From Chiloscyllium plagiosum (taxonomy: Eukaryota), in NCBI RefSeq assembly GCF_004010195.1, contig NC_057750.1:15826550-15890549 (forward strand): 64,000 nucleotides of DNA, in the 5' to 3' direction. Made by a program: the position numbers and the translations under genes. Below the pieces are notes generated by a model. It was not told where the DNA came from and did not search any database. It worked only from the letters and a program-made list of their open reading frames with translations. Below are positions 11,603-23,557 of the stretch, piece after piece (position 1 is the first letter of the stretch; every line of letters begins with the position of its first letter).

Positions 11603-14235
11603 CTGAAAACACACAAACAAATGAAGAATTAAATATTTATTGCACTAGTTTTACATTGTTAACTAGAAATGTTTAATCCTTTATAAGATTTTAGCTCAAT
11701 TGGCTTTTCTTCACTACTTAGCCTGTTATGAGTGGTTATTTACTGGGCTGACAGTCCGAATTTAAAGGATTTGAACCAAATCAGAAGATTGCTTCATCAT
11801 ATGCCTTCATGTTGGAGATGGTGGCAGAGATAGGGAGGGCTCCAGACTGGAGGAAAGTATAGATATAAGGAAGGGTGTTGAGCTAGAGGAAGTTAGGGAG
11901 AATTGAGAGGATTATAGACCTGGTGGAGTTACAGAGAGTTGAAGAATTATCACAGCTGAAGGAATTTTACACATTTAGGAGATTAGTAGAGCTGGAGGAG
12001 ATTATAGAGATTTAGGAAAGATACATGACGAAAGAATGGTAAAGAAAAATTTAGACATCCAGTCTCTACAACTCTAGTGACACTAATGAGCCCAATTTCA
12101 TAAGTCAGGATCCTCGCGGTGTCAGTGACACCTGGAAGCTGTGGGAGATGAAATTCTGGACACTCATAAAGTGAATTCAATTTCCACAAAATACTACTGC
12201 TGTCAATAATAAAGAAAACAATCAATGGGTTGTTCCTTAACTCTCCCAGCAAAGGATCGACACAACAATAAAGATTGTAGGGAAAAAAACACACATTAAT
12301 TCATGTTTTGTTGCTCTCTCAAGGAACCCTCTTGACCTCAGTGCTAAAGCTCCTGAAATCCTCCACCCACAGTGCTCTTGTCCATTAATATGAATGTTGA
12401 AATTATGAATGGACCCTTGTAAATCATTTCTGCTGAACTTGAAGTCAATTCTATTTCCATGAGTAAAATACTGCAATAATTCCCATTATTTATTTGATTT
12501 AAACATTCTACTGCAGGCCAAGTGTCAAAAATTCAGTTGAATTCAAACAGTAAACAAGACCATTGCCAGTTTTAGTCCTGAAAAGATTCCGTTGTTATTG
12601 ATCAACTGTGAAGATACTGCCAAATTACGGAGGAGAATTTTATCAAAAATGATGGAAAAGTACTGACTTGCCATCATTCACAAATAAGACCTACACTGCT
12701 TCACCCAAACCTTGGAGCGGCACCAAGTTGGTCAGTGTTGCCTGGAACACCCTTCTTCAAACTCAAGGTTTTGACATCACATTTGCATGTTTACGCAAAT
12801 ATTCTGGAGTATATTCTCCTCTTTCTTACTATCTGTCCACACACACTGTTACAGCAATAGTGCAGGGCAAGAAAAAGCAGAGAAACACAAACATAACTTT
12901 GCATATATAAATCCACCTTTATGATTGCTGAAAGCAAATCCTTAGAGTGAAGAGAGGGTTAACTCCAGGGTCTAGCTTTTCCAATTGACATTTTCTGGAC
13001 CTTTTAGTATTAAAGCAGTTGGAGCTTGATCATGGACTTTATGGCCCAGAGGTAGGGGCACTACCACTGCAACACTGGAGACAACATGATTTTAACATTA
13101 ATAAGAAACTTCAGACACAAGTACTTAAAGGATATTAAGTATATACATAATGGAATCACAAATCCTCCTGGGTAGAAGTAGACATATGGGGTCTCAGCCC
13201 TCCCTTATTGGAAGCTAGATACGATGAATGATGTTTCCAAACATTCTTACTGCCATAAACTACCAGTTGGGAGTCAACGTTGTGTAAAATGTCTTCTTCA
13301 ACAGACACTCTTATGCTGATGTTTGATGAGTCCATGCAGGAGAAAATAATGCAAGGATACATTTCACAACCAATGAAGTGCTTTGAAATGCCATCACTGT
13401 GATAATATTGGAAACGCAACATCCAATTTATACACTGAAATGCTAGATTACCTAAACTATCAAACCTATTCAGCATAATCTGTGTTTTGGAGGATCAGCA
13501 TTGTTTAAAACATGACAGATATGTGTTGAAAGCTACGTATAAGGTGGCCTGGAAACCATTATCGCCTGGCTATGGGCCCGCTACAATCAACAGTTTGAAT
13601 TTTAGTTCCCAAAGATTCTCAATAACTGTTTGTTGGCAGAATGCCCACATTCCCAGAGTGATTGATTTATTGGCCTTCCCAAAGGAGACAATTCAAAATC
13701 ACCATAAAATATACCCCAAAGTTCATATCCAAGGTGATGGTTTCATTTAGCCTGGAAAATGGCCCAGTTTTTCAACAGCATGCATCATTCAACTAAAGCT
13801 ATTCCTGAAAGGAAAGGCTAGTTTATACAGATCCAACATCAGAACTGGTTACGAAGCAAAGTAGGTCAGATGAATAAAAGAATTCTCCGAATGATTTGAT
13901 CCCACTCAATTACTATTTCCCTTTTCTCGAAATGAATCAGGTCTATTCAAGAGTGTACAATGAATGGATGTCATGAGTGTTTATTAACTTTATGGTTAAT
14001 ATTAAACACATTTTTCAATGAAATACTTTTATTACAGTAATGGTGATGCTGATCACAAAATAGGATAGAGCATTTAGAGTGACTGGGAAAGGTGCCATAG
14101 CAGAAAGTAGAAGAGGAATCTAATTTTTAAAAAAAGTGGTAAGGATTCAAAGCAAAGTCAGAAACCAAAATCAGAACCAACACACTTTAATAGAGAGGGC
14201 GAGAGAGAATCTCAAAATGCTGAATTTTGACAGGG

Positions 14236-14846
14236 CTGAAAATGTGTTGCTGGAAAAGCGCAGCAGGTCAGGCAGCATCCAGGGAACAGGAGGGGAAATG
14301 AGGAAACTGGTGAAATCCGAGTTCATCCTTTGTGGTTGGAGGGTTCCTAGGCGGAAGATGAGGTGCTCTTCCTCCAACCGTCGTTTTGTTGTGGTTTGGC
14401 GATGGAGGAGTCCAAAGACCTGCATATCCTTGGTGGAGTGGTAGGGGGAATTGAAATGTTGAGCCACAGGGTGGTTGGGTTGGTTGGTCCGGGTGTCCCA
14501 GAGGTGTTCTCTGAAACACTCCGCCACAGATTCACCTGCACCTCCACACACATCATCTATTGCATCCTCTGCACCCGATGTGGCCTCCTCTATATTGGGG
14601 AGACAGGCCGGCTACTTGCGGAGCGTTTGACCTCTTTCCACCTATCACATTTCCGACGCCCCTCCCCCAGGTCCCTCCTCCCTACCTTTTATCTTAGCCT
14701 GCTGGACAAACTTTCCTCATTCCTGAAGAAGGGCTTATGCCCGAAACGTCGATTCTCCTGTTCCCTGAATGCTGCCTGACCTGCTGCGCTTTTCCAGCAA
14801 CACATTTTCAGCTCTGATCTCCAGCATCTGCAGACCTCACTTTCTC
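14236..14846. mobile_element. Fold-back (rearranged) PLE family A insertion with GIY-YIG fragments
   Basis: 16-bp TSD CTGAATTTTGACAGGG at 14220-14235 and 14847-14862; inverted terminal arms; GIY-YIG N-part on + (IIYCILCTRCGLLYIGETGR) and C-part on - (VAQHFNSPYH...RRLEEEHLIFRLGTLQP). Confidence 0.92.
14719..14754 (+). ncRNA. Minimal type I hammerhead ribozyme motif (PLE family A)
   Basis: CTGAAGA 14723-14729, extra A, stem II GGGC/TTAT/GCCC, GAAA 14743-14746, palindromic ACGT, GTC triplet with predicted cut after 14750; stem I is weak. Confidence 0.7.
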
Positions 14847-15654
14847 CTGAATTTTGACAGGGGCAGGCAAGAAAGATTGGGGCACAGAATCAATTGGTTT
14901 GTCTGTCCCTTTTCCTCCCTCTGTTCAACCTGGATTTTGCTGGGATAGTTAGATCTTTAATGTTTGAATATTTCAACCCTACCCATTTATTTTTTTTTAG
15001 TTGAGAGCCAGCCCCAAAATATGAGACACTCGGGGAAAAGAAAAAGTTACAGAAAGAATATTTTAAAATAATTATTAGTATATATACTGCTCATCAGAAA
15101 TCATCTGGAAATTCCCTTGGATTGATATCAAGAGCTAGGAATTATATTGAAACCCACAGTCTGCAGAGATATTGAACACTTAACTTCTCCCAGGTCACAA
15201 ATCTCAGAAAAGCTGATTCACAATAAACACTGGGAACAACGAAGATGCTTTAGATAACCAATAAATGTATCAGCGCTCCTTTGTGAAATTTGGATGAACT
15301 TGCATTTAACTGGTTGGGGATTGCACAAACCAATTTGAAACTTCAAGCATAGGCATTCTATGTTTGGCTTTGGAGACACTTGCTTCTGTATCAGAAATGG
15401 ACTACCGCAGTACAAGGCTGCAGCTCACCACCTCTTTATCAAGGGGCAACTAGAGACAGGCAATAAATGTTGGCCCAGACAGTGACACACACACCTCATT
15501 AATGAATAAAAACAAAAAGAAAAACTCAAGATCCATAACAAACTGCCATGCCTAGACCAGCCTGGTTGAGCTAGTGCTAACCACACTCAGAAATGTTGGT
15601 GAAACATAGAACTAGTCTGTGATGCTGATACAATCAAAGCAGGAGCCTTCACTT

Positions 15655-15810
15655 CAACTGAGGGAGTGTTGCCTTATCAGAGTCGCTTTAAAATGAGACA
15701 TTAAACAGAGTCTGACTAACTTTTCAGAAAATGCATAAAATATTTCATGGTCTCAATTAAAGCAAGTCCTTCTGATGTCCTGGCCAACATTCATCTCTAA
15801 AACAATATGA
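15655..15810 (+). mobile_element. DeuSINE (SacSINE1-like) relic in the predicted CDC42EP intron
   Basis: ctgagggagtgttgc...atgagacattaaacagag...tgtcctggccaacatt resembles the Deu domain. Confidence 0.6.
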
Positions 15811-16004
15811 AAGACAGAATGGGCCATAGCAATCCATAAAAATATTGGGTAATTTATGACATACGCTATTATTAATGTGCAAGACAGCCAGAGATTTTAT
15901 GGATAAAGAAATATGCTACAAGTTGCAAGTCTCCAGAACAAGCTGTTTGATTTACCTTGCACAAGCATAATCTCATCCTTAATCTTCTTGTTCATTTTAA
16001 AAAC

Positions 16005-16297
16005 TAGATTTGTAGTAGAGGGCATATGTTAAGATGAGAGGGAAAAGATTTAAAAAGTATCTGAGGGGCAACATTTTCACACAGAGGGTGGTGAGTGTAT
16101 GGAATGAACTGCTAGAAGAAGTGGTAGAGGTGATACAATTACAACATTTAAAAGATATTTGGACAGGGACATGAATAGGAAAGGTTTAGATGGATATGGG
16201 TCAAATGTAGCCATATGGGACTGGTAAAGTCTGGGAAACCTAGTCGGCAGGGACGAGTTGGACTGAAGGGTCTGTTTCCATACTGTATGATTCTATG
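16005..16297 (+). mobile_element. CR1/HER1-type 3' end
   Basis: agagggcatatgttaagatgagag...ttttcacacagagggtgg...tail ctgtatgattctatga. Confidence 0.85.
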
Positions 16298-16344
16298 AGA
16301 ACGATACTGGATTTGCACACTAACTGCTATCAGCTTTTTTTTAA

Positions 16345-16690
16345 ATCAACCTGTTTGGACGTGTTATGACATACTTCTGGAGCTGCTGGCACTTGAACCT
16401 AGACCTCCTTGCTCAGAGGTTAGAACATACAACAATGCCTCAAAAGCCTCACTAACCATTCTAAAACTTGTCACCAAAAGTAGCGGCTGGTATCTAACAG
16501 CAAGTACTTTAGTAATTGTTAATGCAACACCAATAAATCCAACAGGTGCATACTTTTGAACTGTGGGATTCATTCCTGCATGAGGGTGCAGTGGTACTGT
16601 CCCTACCTGTAGATAAAGAGGGCTGGGTTCAAGTGCCGCCTGCTGCAGAGGTATGTCATAACATCTCTGATCAGATTGATTTGAAAAAGA
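16345..16690. mobile_element. Two oppositely oriented copies of a short tRNA-headed SINE-like repeat (about 16345-16440 on -, about 16585-16690 on +); other copies at about 6010-6075 and 21720-21815
   Basis: B-box ggttcaa followed by a shared ctccagagg...cataac...acaggttgatt-like motif. Confidence 0.55.
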
Positions 16691-17169
16691 TTCCTGCATG
16701 TGGTAAATTAGGTTAATAAAATTCAATGTTTACACTTCTCAAATTTCAACCTTATATCTTATTTTTTTTCCCTTCCTTTTCTTGTTCATTGTTCACTATC
16801 CTAACTGACCTTTATTTATAATTTTACTCTAATTCACATACTTGTTCCATGCTTCATCTTTCCCTTGCTTTAATCCTTAAATCTTACAGTTTGGTAATTC
16901 ACTTAAGTCCCAAATGCCTTCTTTTTCTCCCTGTCTGACCAGAATGCAGTAGTGAAAAATTATATCCAAGCTGAAATGTGAGGGAAAAGGTCTAACTAAT
17001 AAACTAACCATGTTGCCAATCCAGAAGGATTTGGTCATTTATTTCATTGCTGTTGCAAAATGGCTGCTCTTTGCCTGTCACAACTTAATTAGTTACAAAG
17101 CAATTTTGAAATTTCTGAAATATTTTAAAGGCATTAAATAAATAAATATTATAAAATCTGGTCATTATA

Positions 17170-18330
17170 TTTAATCACGGAATTGTTACAGCACAGGAGG
17201 AGGCCATACAGCCTGCCATTACTGTACCAGTTGTTTAAATGAGCAATTCATTTACTGCCTTTTTCCTCCTTCCCCCACGTAACCATGCACATTCTTTTCA
17301 GATAACAGTCGAATTCTCTTGACAATGCTTTTCATGAATCTGCATACATCATGCGAGTAGGCAATATATTCCAGATCCTAATTACTTGCTGAGTGGAAAA
17401 CATGTTTTCCCTTTGTCACTTTTGCTTCTTGTACCAATTATTTTAAAACTTTGCTCTATTGTTCTCCATTCCTTCATTATTGGGAACAGACCCTTCATGA
17501 TTTTGAGCAAGCTTTTTAATCAAGTTGTTTTCATGCGTAACACACCCCCTAGTCACAGAGTCACACAGCACTGAAACATATCCTTCGATCCAAATCGTCC
17601 ATGCTGACCAGGTTTCGCAAACTAAACTAGTCTCATTTGCTTGCATTTAGCCCATTTCCCTTTAAACCTTTCCTGTTCATGTACCTGTCCAAATGTCTTT
17701 TGAATGTTCTAATTGTACATGATTCTACCATTTCCTCTGACAATTGAAAACCATTAAATGAAGGATCAAGTTATATTGTGCAGTAAAGCAACAAGGTTGA
17801 AGACAGCAAAAGATGAGATAAATTTAGAAGCAGTAATCTGATTGCTTAGATGATTACAAAATAGAAAGAAACTGTTTCCAATGGCTAATAGGGACCAGAG
17901 TACACAGACGTAAGAAATCGAATGCAAAAGTAGGTAAAAGTTCTTTATCGTTAACGTTTGAAAAAGCACTGCCTTATCAGGTGGTGGATATAGATTAAGT
18001 AGTAGCTTTCAAAAGGCAAGAGGGATAAATATCGATATGAGTAAAAGTTGCAATGATATGTGGAAAGAGGAGGAAGTCAGGCTAAATTGATTGCTCTTCA
18101 AAAGATCCACCACAAACTGAATAGAATGAATGGCCTCATTCTATGGTGTACAAGCAGGAGGCTGGAAGAACACAGCCAGCCAAGCTGTATCAGGAGTCAA
18201 CGTTGACGTTTCCACCTCCTGATGCTGCCTGGCTTGCTGTGTTCTTCCAGCCTCCTGCTTGTATACCTCAGATTCCAATATCTGCAGGTTTTTTTGTGTC
18301 ATTCTATGGTATAGCATGATTCTATGATTT
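17170..18330. mobile_element. Cluster of CR1 3' fragments (two on -, one on +)
   Basis: CR1 tail and C-terminal motifs; the + copy tail is interrupted at 18148-18298. Confidence 0.7.
18148..18298. mobile_element. 151-bp fold-back PLE terminal mini-element (third subfamily)
   Basis: 12-bp TSD TCATTCTATGGT at 18136-18147 and 18299-18310; inverted arms tacaagcaggaggctggaagaacacagc / gctgtgttcttccagcctcctgcttgta. Confidence 0.8.
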
Positions 18331-19279
18331 AATTACATGAAAGTTTCCAATTAAGTTTGGACAGGAAGTGAAGACTGATTTGGTTAAAGAATGATCCAAA
18401 TCTGTGGCTCTGGTAAAGAATGAATTAAAGTTTCAGGCAGCATGTTAAACAGGACCGGGCAGAAAATTGCTGTGCAATAATAATAGCAAGTGGATTTACA
18501 TCTTTGTACAAAATGATTCCATCTCTTATTTTACTGTCTTGATAATTAATTTAAAATAAGTTAATCAATACGTCTGCTAAAAGTGTGGATTATAGAATTT
18601 TATATCAGTCCCTCATATCACAGGTTGATTCCAATTCCTTTTGCTTAAATACTTAAATAACTCCACAAAGGCCGGAATCATTACCTGTCACCCTTTAGTT
18701 GCACGTGCATTGTCCACAGCACTGATCCAGCTAGCTCAGAGCTGGCTCCTAGAGTGAACAGAACTTCTTTCACTCCTATTTATATCTGTCAGGCAGGACT
18801 CCCTGATTGCACCAGGTTAAAAGCCCCAATCAGGAAATTCATATTCTCTGATATCCACTTGGCTGACATTGTTCCAATTACTACAAACACAGGTAGAATA
18901 AAGTGAGAAGCAAGGAGGGCAACATATTTACAGCTCAGCAGAAACAAGAGTCAAAGTTTCTAAAAGTGCTGGCCACACGAATAGACTACCTACAGATACC
19001 TAAGAGGACAGGGGCCTTCTTTATAAACCTGTCTCTACATCAAGTTCACCTTGACCATATTTTGGACTTAAAGCTCAATTAATCCAATTAAGGATGTGAT
19101 TTATGTAATTCTGCTATAATTCATCACCAATTCCCACACTCAACTAAGATTAAACTGGGGATAATCACAATGTGCCTCCTAATGTTTGTCACCTTTGAAT
19201 AAAAAATGTTTTATATTTGATTCCCCAGCAATAAAACTAACATTCCATCTGTTCTGTCCATACTAAGAATCCTTAATGG

Positions 19280-20230
19280 GTTTCTGCAGTGCATCTTGCA
19301 GGTTGTACACATTTCTGCCACTGACTGTCAGTAGTGGAAAGAACGGGAGTGAATGTTTGTGGATGTGGTGCCAATCAAGCCGGCTGCCTTGTCTTGAATG
19401 CTTTTTGAGTGCTGTTGGACCTGCGCCCATCCAGGCAAGTGGGGATTATTCCATCACATTGCCAGTGGTGGATGGGCATTGTGGAGTCAGGAAGAGATTT
19501 GTTCATTGTCTGATTTCTATCCCGTGACCTGCTCTTGGAGCCATAGTTCAGTTTCTGGTCAATGGTAACCCCCAGGATGTTGATAATCAGGGACTCAGTA
19601 ATGGTAATACCTTTGAATGCTAAGAGGCACTGGTTAGATTCTCCTTTAATGGAGATGGTCATTGCCTGACATTTGTGTAGCGTGAATGTTGCTTGCTGGC
19701 TTTCAGTCTACGTTCAAACAATTCCAGGTCTTGATATATCTGGATATGGACTGCTTCAGTATCTGAGGAGTGGCAATTGATGCCAAACATTGAGCAATCA
19801 ACGGCGAACATCTCCACTTCTGTCCTTCTGATGGAGGGAAGGTCACCGATGGAGCAGCTGAAGATAGTTAGACTTAGTTTCTTAGCCTTTCACATGTCCC
19901 CACATTATACTCCATCTGCCAAATTTTGCCCATTCATTTAAAGAAATGATAGAGGGATTTGGAGAGGTTATGTCTTCTTGACAAAGTATTTTCCACTTAT
20001 CTTCGTGTCACCATAAAATGTACCCACACTCAGTCCTTTCATCCAAGTAATTGAAAATAGTTGAGGTCAGATGCACTGATCCCTGTGACATTATATTTGA
20101 ACCAGCTTGCCAACATGAAAATGATGTATTTATCTCTACTCTATGGCTGTTGTTAGGTCACCAGCTCTTTATCTGTGCTAACATGTCACACCATTTCATG
20201 CTGTCTGATGTCATTTCATACTGTACATGG
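19280..20230 (-). mobile_element. Degenerate CR1-like LINE RT fragments (two families)
   Basis: INILGVTIDQKLN motif and FADD-like region near 19800; second CR1 RT fragment at about 19880-20230. Confidence 0.65.
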
Positions 20231-22685
20231 AGCAGGTGATTACCTTGACTCACTGTTCAACTATGAACTGAAGGCTCTGCAGCTTTTACCTTTAGAAATT
20301 TATAACAAATCATCCTGCACCGTTGTCATCTATGTAATGGCAGAGGCCGAAATGTTTGCTGGCACAGTACTCAGATGGAGCCGTACATCTGTTTTATTGG
20401 AAAGAAGATTAAATGATTTTTTTAAAGAAGGGGGTGGTTTATGCAGCTGGCCTCATAATAAAGATGCCAAATACATAATATACTTAATGGACCACAATTA
20501 GGAGCCATGTAAATGTGAGTGGAACTGCATGGCATTTCACCAGTATAATGAATTTTTAAAAGTGAATGCAACAAATTCTGCCGAGACAGAAATGCTTGCT
20601 CTGTGTCCTTGGAAAGCACTTGGGATAACAAATAAGTTTTAATTTTCTTTTTCCCTTAAATGCCTCTTATTGCAAATGAGAATTTTGATTAATTGGACAG
20701 CAATAGCAAAATTAGGGTAAATTGACTGGGAGGCATTAATAGGAATCATAGGAGTGAACTATTACCTGCCTGAATGTTTTGAGAAGATAGGGGCTTCCGA
20801 AAGGTGGTAAGTCATCTGCTCGCCTTTTGTCTCTGCTTCATGTTGGCAACAGCTGTCAGGGCTTTAACTACTGGAGTTACTTCCCGAAAACTCCCAGCAT
20901 TTCTTTCCTCCTTTAAGATGTTCCTTAAAACTGACTGCTGACCTATTAGCCCTAATATCTCCTTATGTGGCCCACTATCAGATTTTGCTTTATAAGGCTG
21001 CTGAGCAGTGTTTTGGGATGTTTTATTATGTTATAAATAGAATGTGTAAATGTCAAATTGATTTCCACCAATTATGAAATTTCATAATCTACAACAGTAA
21101 GTAATGCAGGGGAGACCTCTTCCAGTAATTAAAACTGATCAAGCAACAAAACTAAATGAGTAACTTACTTTAAATATGAATTTTCACAAGCTCAAGTCAG
21201 ATTACTAGTACATATCATGCTGCTTTGGGAATTTTCACTCAATAAAAAAGAATAGGCTATGAATTCAGGAAGGAGAGGAACTTAGTCCATCGTCTTCTCT
21301 TAGCTTCATGGTCTTGACTTCGTGCCAACATGGGGACAGGAAAGCATGTTTATGGGTTTATTTAAAAGAGCTGCTGTTTCTATATTGCACATCTCCCACT
21401 GAATGTTTTTCCTATTAAATACTAAGTACTCTCTCCCATTCAGACTGCTGAAATCAAGCACACCATCACCCAAAGAAGCAGCTGGATTAAGGTTTTACCC
21501 AGTAGAGGTCAGGGCACTCATAATAAAACCCTGTGTAAGGCAGCATTTTACTGATTCTGGCATCAAGGAGCCCCAAAACTGAATTTTGTGGGAATTGGGG
21601 AACATTGTTCACTGGTTGGAGTCATAGCTAGCTCCATTGAGAAATAGTTGTGGATGTTGGACATCAATTAACTCAGTCATGGGAAATTGCTTCAGGAGTT
21701 CCTCAGTGTACATATTTTTTAATCAACCTGACCAACGAGATAATTACACACCTGTGGAACAGGTAGGACTTGAATCCAGGTCTCCTGACCCAGAGGTAGG
21801 CTAGTTCCACCATGCCATGATAGCCCATAGTTCCTCAGGGCAGTGACTTGGACACAACTATCTTTAGCTGCTTTGATACCTTTCCCTCCATCTGGGGTCA
21901 GAAGTGGTGATGTTTGCAAATAGTCTCACCAAGGTCAGTATTTTTCACAACTCCTCAGATTCTGAAACAGTCTGTATCCATACACAGCAAGAGTTGGAGA
22001 ACATCCAGGCTATGGAGTAGTCCCCACTTGCAGCTTGTAAATTGCTCTCGGAAATTTTTGATAATTTAAGTATGAAACATTTAGTTTTACTTTCTTTATC
22101 GTTTCTTTATCTTTCTCGACCCAAGCTTTCCCTCAACTTATTTTTCTTACTGAATCCGAAATGAATTTAAATCTCCCTACTTCCTTCTACGTTTTTTTTT
22201 CCTCTTATTTTCAGTTCTTAAAATCTCATTACTTAAGGAGATCGGTATTTGTCCTGTGGTTCACTCTGATCTTAAGCGCTCCACTGACCCCGTTATAAAC
22301 TCACATTCCAGCACAAACCGTTTTTGAATTGAGAGATTCTGGATAAACATGAATTGGTGCCATACGATTGTGGATCATTAATACCAAAGTAATCCAGGAA
22401 CGGGAGGGATATCAATAATTTGCAGCCTCTTTCCCATTTGATCAAGAGTAGCATTCAAAAGTGAGAACTTCGCCTCCACTCAATTGTAACCCTTGAGCTA
22501 AAATATTGATGGAACTGCGATCAAGAAACATTTTATAACTGTCTACATCTCAAACAGCATGAAGGGAGACTCCAAGTGAACATGACTTAAAAGCTAAATT
22601 CAGGCAATCTTTATTTTCAACGTAAAGAGAGGGTCCAACAACACGAAAGAAAATCACTATCTGTACATCACTGAAATCTGCTTAC

Positions 22686-22930
22686 CTGAAGTTGTTCCAA
22701 TGTCTGCATTCAGTTCCGAAATAGTTTTGTTTCTATCTGGTTTGACTGCAGTTGGAAGAAAAAATTGCTGGAGCGACCAGCCGACCGCAAGATGTCTGTG
22801 TGTGTTCCAGCTCCAGGCGTGTTCTGGAGCTCACTAAATTCCTAGCAGGCAGCTCACTGCTGAAGATCTGTCCAACGTCAAGAAACAATTTGAGTCACTC
22901 TGCCACATGCTTTGAAGTGCGAGAGTGTGC
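22686..22930 (-). other. Predicted non-coding first exon of the CDC42EP gene (5' end approximate)
   Basis: Consensus donor CAG|GTAAGC at 22686/22685; unique, relatively CpG-retaining sequence next to a promoter motif cluster. Confidence 0.55.
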
Positions 22931-23065
22931 GCAGAGAGCAGGCAAAGCTGAGGGCAGGGGGATTGGGAGGGGTGGATTCTTACCATGTAGCTCCAACCTC
23001 AGGAAGCTGACGTCAGAATGATAACACCGCTTAAGCTTCTCCACAAGCTGTCCCTTCCTGAGGCT
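22885..23065 (-). promoter_or_regulatory. Candidate promoter: AP-1, CCAAT, Sp/KLF box, ETS core, full CRE
   Basis: TGAGTCA 22891-22897; CCAAT (minus) 22962-22966; GGGAGGGGTGG 22965-22975; AGGAAG 23001-23006; TGACGTCA 23008-23015. Confidence 0.55.
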
Positions 23066-23177
23066 CTGGAAAATGCTACCTCAAATCTCAGCATTGCCGT
23101 TTGACCAGGCAGTATGTGAGTCGCCTCCTCCTCCTTCTACCAGTTTTATTATGCTTTCAATAGTCAGTGTTACTTCT

Positions 23178-23557
23178 TCTTTCACTGGAGCATAGGAGAT
23201 TGAGTGGTGACCTTATAGAGCTTTATAAAATCATGAGGGGTATAAATAAGGCGAATGGCAGGTGTCTTTTCCCTAGGGTCAGGGATTTAAAGATTAGGGG
23301 GCATATTTTTTAGGTGAGAGGAGAAGGATTTAAACGAGACTTGGGGAATTCTTTTACAGTGCATGTATGGAATAGATTTCCAGAAGAAGTGGTGGATGTT
23401 GGTACAATCAACGTCTAAAAGACGCTTAGATAAGTACATGAATGAGGGATATGGGCCAAGTGCAGGCTAGTGGGACTAGATTACTTTGGGGTTATGGTCA
23501 GCATGGACTGGTTGGACCTAGGGGTCTGTTACTGTGCTGTATGATTCTATGACTCTA
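23178..23557 (+). mobile_element. CR1/HER1-type 3' end
   Basis: ggtgaccttatagag...tataaaatcatgagggg and tail atgattctatgactcta. Confidence 0.85.

Noticed and set aside
18148..18298. Palindromic mini-elements as DNA-transposon MITEs or pre-miRNAs
   Set aside because: The arms resemble PLE termini, are asymmetric, and the TSDs vary in length (12-16 bp), which fits retrotransposition rather than cut-and-paste.
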